Positions 20,755-29,209 of a DNA stretch of 64,000 nt are shown piece by piece. Where the stretch lies: NCBI GenBank assembly GCA_902524595.1, contig CABZDS010000002.1:2793-66792 (forward strand), read 5' to 3'. The position numbers and the translations under genes were made by a program. Numbering within the stretch: the stretch's first letter is position 1; each line of letters begins with the position of its first letter. The notes beneath the pieces are model-generated. The model ran no database searches. It was given only the letters and a program-made list of their open reading frames with translations, and was not told where the DNA came from. This DNA is from an uncultured Pelagibacteraceae bacterium (GTDB lineage Bacteria > Pseudomonadota > Alphaproteobacteria > Pelagibacterales > Pelagibacteraceae).

Positions 20755-23487
20755 ATGGAAAGCGAAAATAAAATAAAACCAAATTTTTTACAAAAAATTT
20801 TTGGAGCTAAAGAACTTAAGTTAAATATCAAAAATTATCTTATTTATGTAAATCACAGCAAAAACAATCAATTTGATCATCACAAGATAAAAAATATAAA
20901 ATTAAAAAAAGGAATATTTTTTGACGATATAGATGTAATATTTGAAGAAACTACACAAAAAATTAAAAAATTAACCAAAAATCAATCAAAATATTATATT
21001 TTTATTTTAAAAAATTTAAGAATTATAAAACAAGCTTACGCAGATATTTTAGATCTTACAAGCTGTAAAAAATATATAAATTATAAAACAATTGAAAAAT
21101 GGATAATTGAAAACAAAGAAGTTCTTAAATTTTTAAATAGATTTAATAAAAATTCATTGGGTATAGCAGAGTTAAAAATACTCAAATTTTACAAAAATAT
21201 AGAATATACGATAACTTTAAAAAATAATAATTTTGTTGAACAAGAGATTAAAAAATTTAAATCACTTTTTGATAAAATAGAAGATAATCCATTAACATTA
21301 GCTCAAAGGAAGGCGATTGTTACAGACGAAGATTCTACTTTAGTCGTTGCAGGAGCTGGAACCGGAAAAACATCAACTGTTGTTGGTAAAGTTTCATATC
21401 TTGCAACAAAAAATGAAATAAAAAACAACGAAATATTAGCGCTAGCATTTGGTAAAGACGCAGCTCAAGAAATGAGGGATAGAGTAAAAGAAAAAACTGG
21501 TATTGATATCGAAATACGAACTTTTCATTCTACTGGAAAAAAAATTATAGAGAGCATTAAAAATAAAAAACTTAAAATATCTGATCGTGCAGCATATGAA
21601 AAACAAAAACTAGCGCTATTCACAGATATTCTAAGAGTAATGCTCAAAGATAAAAGTTCAAAAACAAGGATTTTTAATTTTATATCAAAACACAGATTTC
21701 CAGCTAAGTACCTTGAGGACTTTAAAACTGATAGTGATTATTTTGAGTACATGAGAAAATTTGAAATGGATACACTTAAGGGAGAAAAAGTAAAATCATT
21801 TGAGGAATTATTGATTGCCGACTGGTTATTTTTAAATGGCGTTTATTACGAGTATGAATTTCCTTACGAACATGACACAGCTTCAAGAAAAAGAGGTCAA
21901 TATCGACCAGACTTTAAATTATTGGGTACTTCAAAAAAACCAATAGAGAAAGGTTTTTATTTGGAACATTATGGGATTGATCGAGAAGGAAAAACTGCCC
22001 CACAAATTTGTGAACAAGATTACAATCGTAAAATTACATGGAAAAGAAATTTACACAAAATGAAAAGAACTATTTGTATAGAGACATACTCTTGGGAAAG
22101 AATGGAAGGTGTTATTCTTAAAAATTTAGAAAAAAAATTAATTCAAAATGGGATTCAGCCAAATCCAAATGATCCTGAAATAGAAAAAATACTGTTTGAA
22201 AGAGAAGAGGTGAATAAAAGATTAGTTTCTTTAGTTTCAGATTTTTTAAGTATTTACAAAGAAGGTCAATATACAAAAGAAGAAATGTATAAAAGTTTAG
22301 AAACTATAAAAAATAACGAAAAAGAAAGATATAAAGTATTTTTAGAATTGTTTTACGATGTTTTTAGCAGATATCAAAACTATCTTAAAAAAAGACAAGA
22401 AGTTGATTTTGCTGATTTGCTTAAAATTGCTACAGAAAAGTTAAAAAAAAAAGAATTTAAAACTATCTTTAAAAGAATAATTGTTGATGAGTATCAAGAT
22501 ATTTCTAGAGGGAGGTATAGATTCTTAAAAGCAATTATTGACCAACAAAAAGATTGTAGAATAATGTGCGTTGGAGATGATTGGCAGTCTATTTATGCCT
22601 TTAATGGCAGTGATATTAAATATACTTTTGATTTTGAAAAAATATTTGGCAAATCAGCTAGAGTTGATTTGGATAAAAGTTTTAGATTTACTAAGCCTAT
22701 ACTTGATGTTTCATCAAGATTTATTCAAAGAAACCCCTATCAACTTAAAAAAAATATTGTTTCAAAACCAAGTAATATAAAAAAAACAATTGAAATTATA
22801 GGTTTTGATCCTGGTCAGCAAAATCATTTATTAGAGATTTATGGGGCAATAAATTCTTTAAGACCTTCAAATAAAAAATGGGAAGTATTGTTGTTAGGTA
22901 GGTATAATCGAATTGCAAATAAGAATGGTATTTTTCCAGACATTCCTGAAGAGGACAAAAAAAAATTTAAAAGTCTTTCTTTTAAATTTTTAACAATTCA
23001 TAAATCTAAAGGATTAGGTGCTGATGCAGTAGTAATTTTAAACCTTGAAGCTGGAAAATATGGTTTTCCTGGATATATTGAAAATGATCCTATAATGAAC
23101 CTTGTTAGACCGGGTGAGCAGGATTTTCCAAATGCTGAAGAAAGAAGAGTTTTGTATGTTGCCCTCACAAGAGCGAAGCAAAAAGTTTTTCTTTGTACAA
23201 ATAATTACTTTCCATCTGAATTTATTGATGAATTAAAAACTTATCCAGATGTACATTTTGATGAAAAAAATGTAATCAATAAAGCTCTTTTAACATGTCC
23301 GAGTTGTACAAAAGGAAAGTTGTATTTGAAACGTCCTAATAGATTGAACGGATATGCATGGCGATGTAGTTTAGAACCACATTGTACAGGAGAAGCTAAG
23401 TTTTGTCCTAATTGTAAAAAATATCCAGCAGTTCATTACAATAGATGTCTTGATCCAGCATGTGAAAATAGTAAAATAAATTCCTAA
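20755..23487 (+). CDS. UvrD/SF1A helicase IV (HelD)-like protein with inserted nuclease-like domain and C-terminal Zn ribbons
   Basis: AGAGTGKT, RTFHS, VDEYQDIS, VGDDWQSIY, TIHKSKGL, EERRVLYVALTRAK; insert KSFEE..IADWL..YRPDF..YLEHYG; CPSC..C..C/CPNC..C..C tail; ATG 20755 preferred over TTG 20737. Confidence 0.9.
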   Translation: MESENKIKPNFLQKIFGAKELKLNIKNYLIYVNHSKNNQFDHHKIKNIKLKKGIFFDDIDVIFEETTQKIKKLTKNQSKYYIFILKNLRIIKQAYADILDLTSCKKYINYKTIEKWIIENKEVLKFLNRFNKNSLGIAELKILKFYKNIEYTITLKNNNFVEQEIKKFKSLFDKIEDNPLTLAQRKAIVTDEDSTLVVAGAGTGKTSTVVGKVSYLATKNEIKNNEILALAFGKDAAQEMRDRVKEKTGIDIEIRTFHSTGKKIIESIKNKKLKISDRAAYEKQKLALFTDILRVMLKDKSSKTRIFNFISKHRFPAKYLEDFKTDSDYFEYMRKFEMDTLKGEKVKSFEELLIADWLFLNGVYYEYEFPYEHDTASRKRGQYRPDFKLLGTSKKPIEKGFYLEHYGIDREGKTAPQICEQDYNRKITWKRNLHKMKRTICIETYSWERMEGVILKNLEKKLIQNGIQPNPNDPEIEKILFEREEVNKRLVSLVSDFLSIYKEGQYTKEEMYKSLETIKNNEKERYKVFLELFYDVFSRYQNYLKKRQEVDFADLLKIATEKLKKKEFKTIFKRIIVDEYQDISRGRYRFLKAIIDQQKDCRIMCVGDDWQSIYAFNGSDIKYTFDFEKIFGKSARVDLDKSFRFTKPILDVSSRFIQRNPYQLKKNIVSKPSNIKKTIEIIGFDPGQQNHLLEIYGAINSLRPSNKKWEVLLLGRYNRIANKNGIFPDIPEEDKKKFKSLSFKFLTIHKSKGLGADAVVILNLEAGKYGFPGYIENDPIMNLVRPGEQDFPNAEERRVLYVALTRAKQKVFLCTNNYFPSEFIDELKTYPDVHFDEKNVINKALLTCPSCTKGKLYLKRPNRLNGYAWRCSLEPHCTGEAKFCPNCKKYPAVHYNRCLDPACENSKINS

Positions 23488-23912
23488 TGTCTTTGATAAG
23501 AGAATGCCGTATATGTGGACAGAGGGTAAGTTTTAGAAAAATGCCTCATGGAAAATATGTATGTTTTGATGTTAAGACTAATAACAAGCATATGCATAGT
23601 AAATCAGAGGTGAACAAATTCAAAAAAATCGAAGATAAAAATCAAAAAGCCATCGAGATTAAAAATGATGATAAACAAAAAATTCAATATTCAAAAAAAG
23701 AGAAAAAGATAAAAGAAGAAGACTTTAGTCAATCAGAAGAATTCGAAGCATATGAGGAAAATACTTCTGATGAGGTATTTAAAGAGGATACTGTTGAAAG
23801 TTTAAGAAAAGAAATAGATGTAGAGACTGTTGAGAAAAAATCTAACAAATCAATTATTTATATAGCCATTGCAGTATTAGTGGTTATTGTTTTAATTTTT
23901 ATGAATGGGTAA
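23487..23912 (+). CDS. Hypothetical protein: N-terminal Cys/His Zn-finger, charged linker, C-terminal TM anchor
   Basis: CRICG...HGKYVCFD...HMH; IIYIAIAVLVVIVLIFM tail; TAATG coupling to helicase. Confidence 0.8.
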   Translation: MSLIRECRICGQRVSFRKMPHGKYVCFDVKTNNKHMHSKSEVNKFKKIEDKNQKAIEIKNDDKQKIQYSKKEKKIKEEDFSQSEEFEAYEENTSDEVFKEDTVESLRKEIDVETVEKKSNKSIIYIAIAVLVVIVLIFMNG

Positions 23913-23917
23913 ATATA

Positions 23918-24256
23918 ATGTCTGATAAAACAAATTTGTTATACCTTTGTGTATGCATGGCATTATCCGACCACAAGTTGGATAAATCTGAAACAGCTAA
24001 AATAATTGAAATATCTGAAAGATTAAAAATAGAATTTAATGTTCATCGTGCTACTGAGGATATAAATGAAAAATTTAGAGATGACCTTGATGCAGCACAA
24101 GATTTTTATTTAGGAAATATAAGAGAGGATAAAAATCGTAGATTGGGCAAAGAATTAATCAAAGAAGTGGCCATAAGCAATGGTGAACTAAAAGACAAAG
24201 AAGTTAGATTTTTAGTACGTACCAAACATGCTTGGGGCTATGAGGTTTTTGATTGA
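23918..24256 (+). CDS. TerB-like domain protein
   Basis: MALSDHKLDKSE...I and EVAISNGELKDKE..FL, the two TerB A.aDG.l...E repeats. Confidence 0.7.
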   Translation: MSDKTNLLYLCVCMALSDHKLDKSETAKIIEISERLKIEFNVHRATEDINEKFRDDLDAAQDFYLGNIREDKNRRLGKELIKEVAISNGELKDKEVRFLVRTKHAWGYEVFD

Positions 24257-24260
24257 ACCT

Positions 24261-24527
24261 ATGGAAGAAGAACAAGAATTTATTTGCCCAGAATGCGAGT
24301 CCAAAGAAGCTGGTTTTGGAGAAATGCTTTCAATGGATGGACCAACGTCAAATCAAGCAAATGAAGATCCTTGGAGTAGCGTACTACAACAAACAGAGTG
24401 TTCTTCTTGTAATAGCATTATTCCAAATCATATTGCTTATAGATGGGAGAATTTGAATATTGAAAAAGCTAAAGAACAATGGAATAAACTTTACAAAAAA
24501 AATAATCAATTAAGAAAATTTGAATAA
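24261..24527 (+). CDS. Hypothetical Zn-ribbon protein (88 aa)
   Basis: ATG at 24261 just after TerB stop; CPEC ... CSSC pairs. Confidence 0.7.
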   Translation: MEEEQEFICPECESKEAGFGEMLSMDGPTSNQANEDPWSSVLQQTECSSCNSIIPNHIAYRWENLNIEKAKEQWNKLYKKNNQLRKFE

Positions 24528-24542
24528 TTTTTTTTAATTTGA

Positions 24543-24613
24543 TATAATTAAACCAGTCCTGATTTAGAAATTAACTCTACTTGCTGGGACTTTAAACACA
24601 ACGCTAAAGGAGG
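24543..24613 (+). promoter_or_regulatory. Putative -10 box, 5' leader hairpin and Shine-Dalgarno of small ORF
   Basis: TATAAT 24543-24548; AGTCC(24555-59)/GGACT(24587-91) with inner TAGA/TCTA; AAAGGAGG 24606-24613. Confidence 0.5.
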
Positions 24614-24616
24614 CAA

Positions 24617-24790
24617 ATGAAACTAAAAATACAATCAATCAAAGACTATTTTAAATCAAAGAAGGACAGAGGTTTAGAACCTATATTTTTTGAAAAAATA
24701 GGTGATCAAAATACATCTAGAGAAAAGAGACTAAAAAATTTGATCAAAGTACTTGAGTCAAAGGGTTTTAAAATAAAAAATAAAAGATAA
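24617..24790 (+). CDS. 57-aa basic hypothetical protein (not in ORF track)
   Basis: MKLKIQSIKDYFKSKKDRGLEPIFFEKIGDQNTSREKRLKNLIKVLESKGFKIKNKR; SD upstream, hairpin downstream. Confidence 0.7.
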   Translation: MKLKIQSIKDYFKSKKDRGLEPIFFEKIGDQNTSREKRLKNLIKVLESKGFKIKNKR

Positions 24791-24800
24791 AACTCAACTT

Positions 24801-24830
24801 AGATGTGGGCATTAAATTTTGCTCACATTT
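24801..24830 (+). terminator. Putative intrinsic terminator hairpin at right end of cargo
   Basis: AGATGTGGGCA-TTAAATTT-TGCTCACATTT stem-loop 10 bp after small ORF stop. Confidence 0.55.
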
Positions 24831-24857
24831 ATCCCGTACATATCCCGTACAAAATTT
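24831..24857 (+). repeat. Right arm-type tandem repeat
   Basis: ATCCCGTACATATCCCGTACAAAATTT identical to 20710-20736. Confidence 0.9.
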
Positions 24858-24895
24858 GTTATGGATAATATTTAAAGGTTTATTTTTGGTTGTTA

Positions 24896-24921
24896 AGGGC
24901 CGTTCTGTTGCCAGGTGCACC
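24896..24921 (+). repeat. Right att-core-like direct repeat
   Basis: AGGGCcGTTCTGTTGCCAGGTGCaCC; perfect core 24902-24918, abutting the rnhA stop codon. Confidence 0.9.
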
Positions 24922-25346
24922 TATATTGCGACAGAGGACCTTGCCAATAAATCCACTTCATTATTAAGTTTATCTGTTGAATGTGCCTTTACCCAGCTCC
25001 ATTTAATTTCAAAAGTATTTGATAGATTATCTAATTCTGTCCAAAGTTCTTTATTCTTAACTTCTTTTTTATTTGCTGTTTTCCAACCATTTTTTTTCCA
25101 ATTATGAATCCATTCAGTTATTCCAGATTTTACATATTTAGAGTCTGTAAATATTTGAACCTTACTTCCTTTTGGAATTTTTTTTAATGCTTTGATAGGA
25201 GCTAGCAACTCCATTTGATTATTTGTTGTTTCTTTTTTGCTTCCTTTAATTTGAGTTTTCTTTCCACTTTCAATAATAATTGCAGCCCAACCACCATTTC
25301 CTGGATTTCCAATGCATGAACCATCTGTGTAAATTTTAATCATCAA
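24921..25346 (-). CDS. rnhA: Ribonuclease HI
   Basis: IYTDGSCIGNPG.GGW, TTNNQMEL, TDSKYV, WKKNGWKT, WVKAH. Confidence 0.97.
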   Translation of the reverse strand: MMIKIYTDGSCIGNPGNGGWAAIIIESGKKTQIKGSKKETTNNQMELLAPIKALKKIPKGSKVQIFTDSKYVKSGITEWIHNWKKNGWKTANKKEVKNKELWTELDNLSNTFEIKWSWVKAHSTDKLNNEVDLLARSSVAI

Positions 25347-26308
25347 GAATAATCCTTAAATGTGCTCAGATTTTTATGAAAATTCAACTTATCTATATAC
25401 TCCTTTGGATCTTTGATTTTAATAACAGCATTTTTAGGAGTATTTAAATAATCATAAGATCTAGTCAAAAGATATCTTAAAGCCGATCCTCTACATAATG
25501 TATTTAAATTTTTTTTTTCAATTTCACTTAATTTTCTAACTGATTGGTAGCCCTTTAATAAATTTGAGGATCTTTTTTTATCTAATACAAATTTTCTATT
25601 TTTCCTCCTAAAGCATAAAGCATTAATGCAGGTTGCTAATTCATATGATAGAAAATCATTAGCTGAAAAATAAAAATCTATAAATCCATGAAATTTACCT
25701 TTATTGAAAAAAATATTATCCATAAATAGATCACTATGAATTATTCCATTTGGCATTTTTTTAGGCCATTTTTTTTTGAGATCTTTCAAATCATCTTTCA
25801 TTAAATCTTTTAAGTTTTTTGATAATTTATTAATTTTATTGTCTATTTTATTCAGAATTGATCCCCATGAATTAATCGATAGAGAATTTTTTCTATATAA
25901 TTTTAATTTTTTTGAAGCTTTATGAAGAAGTGCTGCATTTTTTCCAACTATAAAACAATCATTACTATTTAGTTGATATTTATCTTTTCCTTCTAAGAAA
26001 CTGACAATACAAGCTTTTTTATTTTTTAAATTAAATAAGTATTTACCTTTTTTGTCTTTTACAGGAATTGGACATTTTACTTTTAATCTAGATAGACCAG
26101 ACATAAGCTTAACAAAAAACGGAAGATCTTTTTTCTGAACTCTTTTTTCGTAAATAGTTAAGATATATTTATTTTTCTTTGTCTTTAAAAGGAAGTTTGT
26201 GTTTTCGATACCTTTTTTTATACCTGAATAATTTATAATTTTCCCAATATTATATTTTTTCTCGATAAATTTTATCTGCTTATTATTAATTTTAGTATAA
26301 ACAGCCAT
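25343..26308 (-). CDS. thrB: Homoserine kinase type II
   Basis: MAVYT, GIENTNF, LTIYEKR, IHSDLFMDN, IDFYFS. Confidence 0.95.
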   Translation of the reverse strand: MAVYTKINNKQIKFIEKKYNIGKIINYSGIKKGIENTNFLLKTKKNKYILTIYEKRVQKKDLPFFVKLMSGLSRLKVKCPIPVKDKKGKYLFNLKNKKACIVSFLEGKDKYQLNSNDCFIVGKNAALLHKASKKLKLYRKNSLSINSWGSILNKIDNKINKLSKNLKDLMKDDLKDLKKKWPKKMPNGIIHSDLFMDNIFFNKGKFHGFIDFYFSANDFLSYELATCINALCFRRKNRKFVLDKKRSSNLLKGYQSVRKLSEIEKKNLNTLCRGSALRYLLTRSYDYLNTPKNAVIKIKDPKEYIDKLNFHKNLSTFKDYS

Positions 26309-27252
26309 TAATTTAATTTTCCAGGAATTTTAAAAGTAATATTTTCTTTTACTATTTCAACTTCTTCTATGTTGACTGTAAATTGATCTTTTAACTCTGC
26401 TATAAATTTTTCAACAAGTATCTCTGGTGCTGAAGCACCTGATGAAATTCCAATTGTTTTACATTCTTTAATCTTATCTATTGGCACTGGACTTTCTGAA
26501 TGAATTAACTCAGCAGAATTGCAACCAGAGTTTTTAGCAACTTCAACTAATCTTACCGAGTTAGATGAATTCCTACTTCCAATTACAAAAAACATATCAC
26601 ATTTATCTGCTATTTCTTTAACTGCTGATTGTCTATTTGTTGTTGCATAACATATGTCATCTTTTTTAGGCTCTTTAATATCTGGGAATTTAGATTTTAG
26701 AGCTGCAATTATATCTTTGGTATCATCTACAGAGAGTGTTGTTTGAGTTATGAAAGATAGCTGTTTATTTGAAATATTTTCATACTTATTTGCATCCTCA
26801 ATATTTTCTATCAAATCTATTGAACCTTCTGGCAATTGTCCCATAGTCCCAATAACCTCTGGATGGTTTTTGTGACCTATTAATAATATATGATGTCCTT
26901 GTTTATTTAAGTTTTCTGCTTCTCTATGAACTTTAGATACTAGAGGACACGTTGCATCTACAAACATCATATTTAAATTAGAAGCTTCCTTCGGAACAGA
27001 TTTTGGCACTCCATGTGCTGAGAATATAACTGGTCTAGACTTATCTTTGATTTCATCTAATTCTTCAACAAATATCGCTCCTATCTTTTTTAAATTTTCT
27101 ACAACATGTTTGTTATGTACAATTTCGTGTCTCACATAAACTGGAGCACCAAATTTATCTATACTCTTTTTTACAATTTCAATTGCTCTATCAACCCCTG
27201 CACAAAATCCTCTTGGTGCAGCTAAATAAATTTTTAAATTTTTGTTACTCAT
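26308..27252 (-). CDS. ispH: 4-hydroxy-3-methylbut-2-enyl diphosphate reductase
   Basis: PRGFCAGVDRA, DATCPLV, DICYATTNRQ, NSSNS, GASAPE. Confidence 0.98.
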   Translation of the reverse strand: MSNKNLKIYLAAPRGFCAGVDRAIEIVKKSIDKFGAPVYVRHEIVHNKHVVENLKKIGAIFVEELDEIKDKSRPVIFSAHGVPKSVPKEASNLNMMFVDATCPLVSKVHREAENLNKQGHHILLIGHKNHPEVIGTMGQLPEGSIDLIENIEDANKYENISNKQLSFITQTTLSVDDTKDIIAALKSKFPDIKEPKKDDICYATTNRQSAVKEIADKCDMFFVIGSRNSSNSVRLVEVAKNSGCNSAELIHSESPVPIDKIKECKTIGISSGASAPEILVEKFIAELKDQFTVNIEEVEIVKENITFKIPGKLN

Positions 27253-28142
27253 TTTTTTTCTACCATGAATTCAAGTAAAATATGAGGGAAGGTCAATGAA
27301 GCCAATCCAACAAATATTATTTTAATAATACTTTCATCTATACCAAATTTTTCTGAAATAAAATAAAAAACTATTAAATACATTATTGCTGTGATTACTG
27401 TAAGTGGAATAATTTTTCGTAAAAAAATAGGAAATCCTTTCATCAAATTTTTATTTATTTCACTAATTAAACTTAGTGAGTGTCTTATAGAATGAAGAAA
27501 GCAGAAATAAATTGTAAAAGCCAATATAGGATTAAAAAAATAGTTTAAAATAATTATTGAAAAACTATCTAAAAAAAGAATTGATCTTAAATCGTTATTA
27601 TTACCTCTATATATAAGAAAATTACTTAGCACTGACAATATAACTAAAGGAATTAAAAAATTATTAGCCACAATATTTTCGTCTATTGAAAAGTTTAACA
27701 TTTTAAAAATTTCTATTGTCTCAGCTTTATGAAACAGCAAGGGCGTTGAAATAACTAATGATCCTTTAATAAAATAAAAAATTTCTAATAAATTAACATT
27801 TTTTGTTTCGATAAAGTCACTATCCTCTTTGCCAAAATGATATGCTGCAACTATTAAAAAAAGCGAAAGCAATAATATTGGACTTAAAATCCAAATTAAA
27901 ATAACAAAAATAGCAATACCTATATAAGTTATATAGAACACTTCTGTATTTTTAATTTTATAAATTTTTAAAAGTTTTTTACCCTTTTCATGATCCAGCG
28001 CACCATGAGAGATTCCAATTGTAAGAATTAAAAAAAAACTAAAAAGTATAAACGAATTATCTCTCATTACCTCAAAGGCAGAAAAAAAAATACAAATATT
28101 AAAAAAAATAATAGAATGAAAAAAATTTATTTTGTTGATCAT
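27249..28142 (-). CDS. blh: Beta-carotene 15,15'-dioxygenase (Brp/Blh)
   Basis: GISHGALD, YHFG, YFCFLHSIRH, LTFPH; downstream of crtIBY. Confidence 0.95.
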   Translation of the reverse strand: MINKINFFHSIIFFNICIFFSAFEVMRDNSFILFSFFLILTIGISHGALDHEKGKKLLKIYKIKNTEVFYITYIGIAIFVILIWILSPILLLSLFLIVAAYHFGKEDSDFIETKNVNLLEIFYFIKGSLVISTPLLFHKAETIEIFKMLNFSIDENIVANNFLIPLVILSVLSNFLIYRGNNNDLRSILFLDSFSIIILNYFFNPILAFTIYFCFLHSIRHSLSLISEINKNLMKGFPIFLRKIIPLTVITAIMYLIVFYFISEKFGIDESIIKIIFVGLASLTFPHILLEFMVEKK

Positions 28143-29209
28143 TATTTAAATACAGCTTTAATAAAAATCCATTTTGGCATCTTTAATATAATGGATAAGT
28201 CCTCGAAAATATTACTTTTATTGGAAAGGAAATTAATTACTGTTTTTGACTTGCTTTTAAACATTTTGAAGAAAATATTTGGCATGATCTCCGGCTTTTC
28301 AGCTAGTACTTTCAAAAAAACGTTATCTAAAAACTTATACTTACTTTTTAAATTGAAAGCTCTAGTTTGCGTTATTTTATCAATGTTTTGGGTAATATAT
28401 TCTGCTTGTTCTTGGATATTTAGGAAAGTATAGCCAGTACTCAAACGCGTCATACCTCCAGCAGTTCCAATATTAATCGTATTTCTATCGTTTTTAAATT
28501 TTGGATAAAATAATGGTATAGCCCCAACTTCTTTATAATTAATTTTATATTTTTTTAATTTTAAAGTGTTTTCGATATAATCAGTAATTTGTTTATCATA
28601 ATCTTTTTCACTGTCATCTTCCATTTTTGAAAGCCACGTAGTTTCGATTAAAGCTGATTTTTTTGAATAGGGTAGTGTATAAAAAAAATGAACACTTTTT
28701 TTTTGATCACAATCAAAATCCATTAAATTCATTATTTGATCATCAAAAAAATCTTTTTCAGTTTCAATCTCTATACCTTGAAAGTGTTGCCATAAATTAG
28801 AACCTTTATTCTCAAGATTTGGCAAACTATTAAATAAAATTGCGTTTTCTGTATTTACTTCACTAATATCTTTAAAGAATTTAATATTAGGATTTTTATT
28901 GATTTTATTTAAAATCTTTTTGTAGAATAGTCCACTATCAATACTTTCATAAGGAGTTTCTTTACAGTCTTTATATTCAACATTTCCTTTAAAGTTGATT
29001 GTATAATCTTTCCATCTTTTTTTTACACAGTCATCAAACTTGTGAGGTACAGTTTTCCAGTATGACCAAGTTTTATCTCTTTTATATTCATCTCTTTTTT
29101 CAATAATTGCTAAAGTCTTATTTTTAAGTTTATCGTGATATTCTAACTCGTAAGCCAATGTTAAGCCTGCGCAGCCACCTCCAATAATTATGTAATCAAA
29201 ATCTTTCAT
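28142..29209 (-). CDS. crtY: Lycopene beta-cyclase
   Basis: IIGGGCAGL, DKTWSYW, LMDF, FFYTLP, GTAGG..R.STGYTF; ATG at 29209. Confidence 0.9.
   Translation of the reverse strand: MKDFDYIIIGGGCAGLTLAYELEYHDKLKNKTLAIIEKRDEYKRDKTWSYWKTVPHKFDDCVKKRWKDYTINFKGNVEYKDCKETPYESIDSGLFYKKILNKINKNPNIKFFKDISEVNTENAILFNSLPNLENKGSNLWQHFQGIEIETEKDFFDDQIMNLMDFDCDQKKSVHFFYTLPYSKKSALIETTWLSKMEDDSEKDYDKQITDYIENTLKLKKYKINYKEVGAIPLFYPKFKNDRNTINIGTAGGMTRLSTGYTFLNIQEQAEYITQNIDKITQTRAFNLKSKYKFLDNVFLKVLAEKPEIMPNIFFKMFKSKSKTVINFLSNKSNIFEDLSIILKMPKWIFIKAVFK

Larger units (their letters stand above)
20632..24918. mobile_element. Integrase-less integrated element (4,270-bp repeat-to-repeat) with attL/attR-like ends
   Basis: 17-bp perfect direct repeat at both ends, identical 27-bp tandem repeats inside each end, accessory cargo interrupting the prx/rnhA junction. 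Confidence 0.85.

Noticed and set aside
20621-20760. Complete tmRNA or tRNA gene at the cassette boundary
   Set aside because: No acceptor stem, T-arm or tag frame visible; only the short tail-like motif.
24253-24456. Alternative-frame 67-aa ORF in the cassette and the other short nested or antisense ORFs in the track
   Set aside because: They overlap better-supported genes and have no recognisable motifs.
20710-24857. TCCCGTACA repeats as a CRISPR array or iterons
   Set aside because: Only two tandem units at each of two sites about 4.1 kb apart; no spacers, cas or rep genes.
24805-25107. 100-aa plus-strand ORF spanning the right att end
   Set aside because: Antisense shadow of rnhA running through repeat DNA; no integrase or other motifs.
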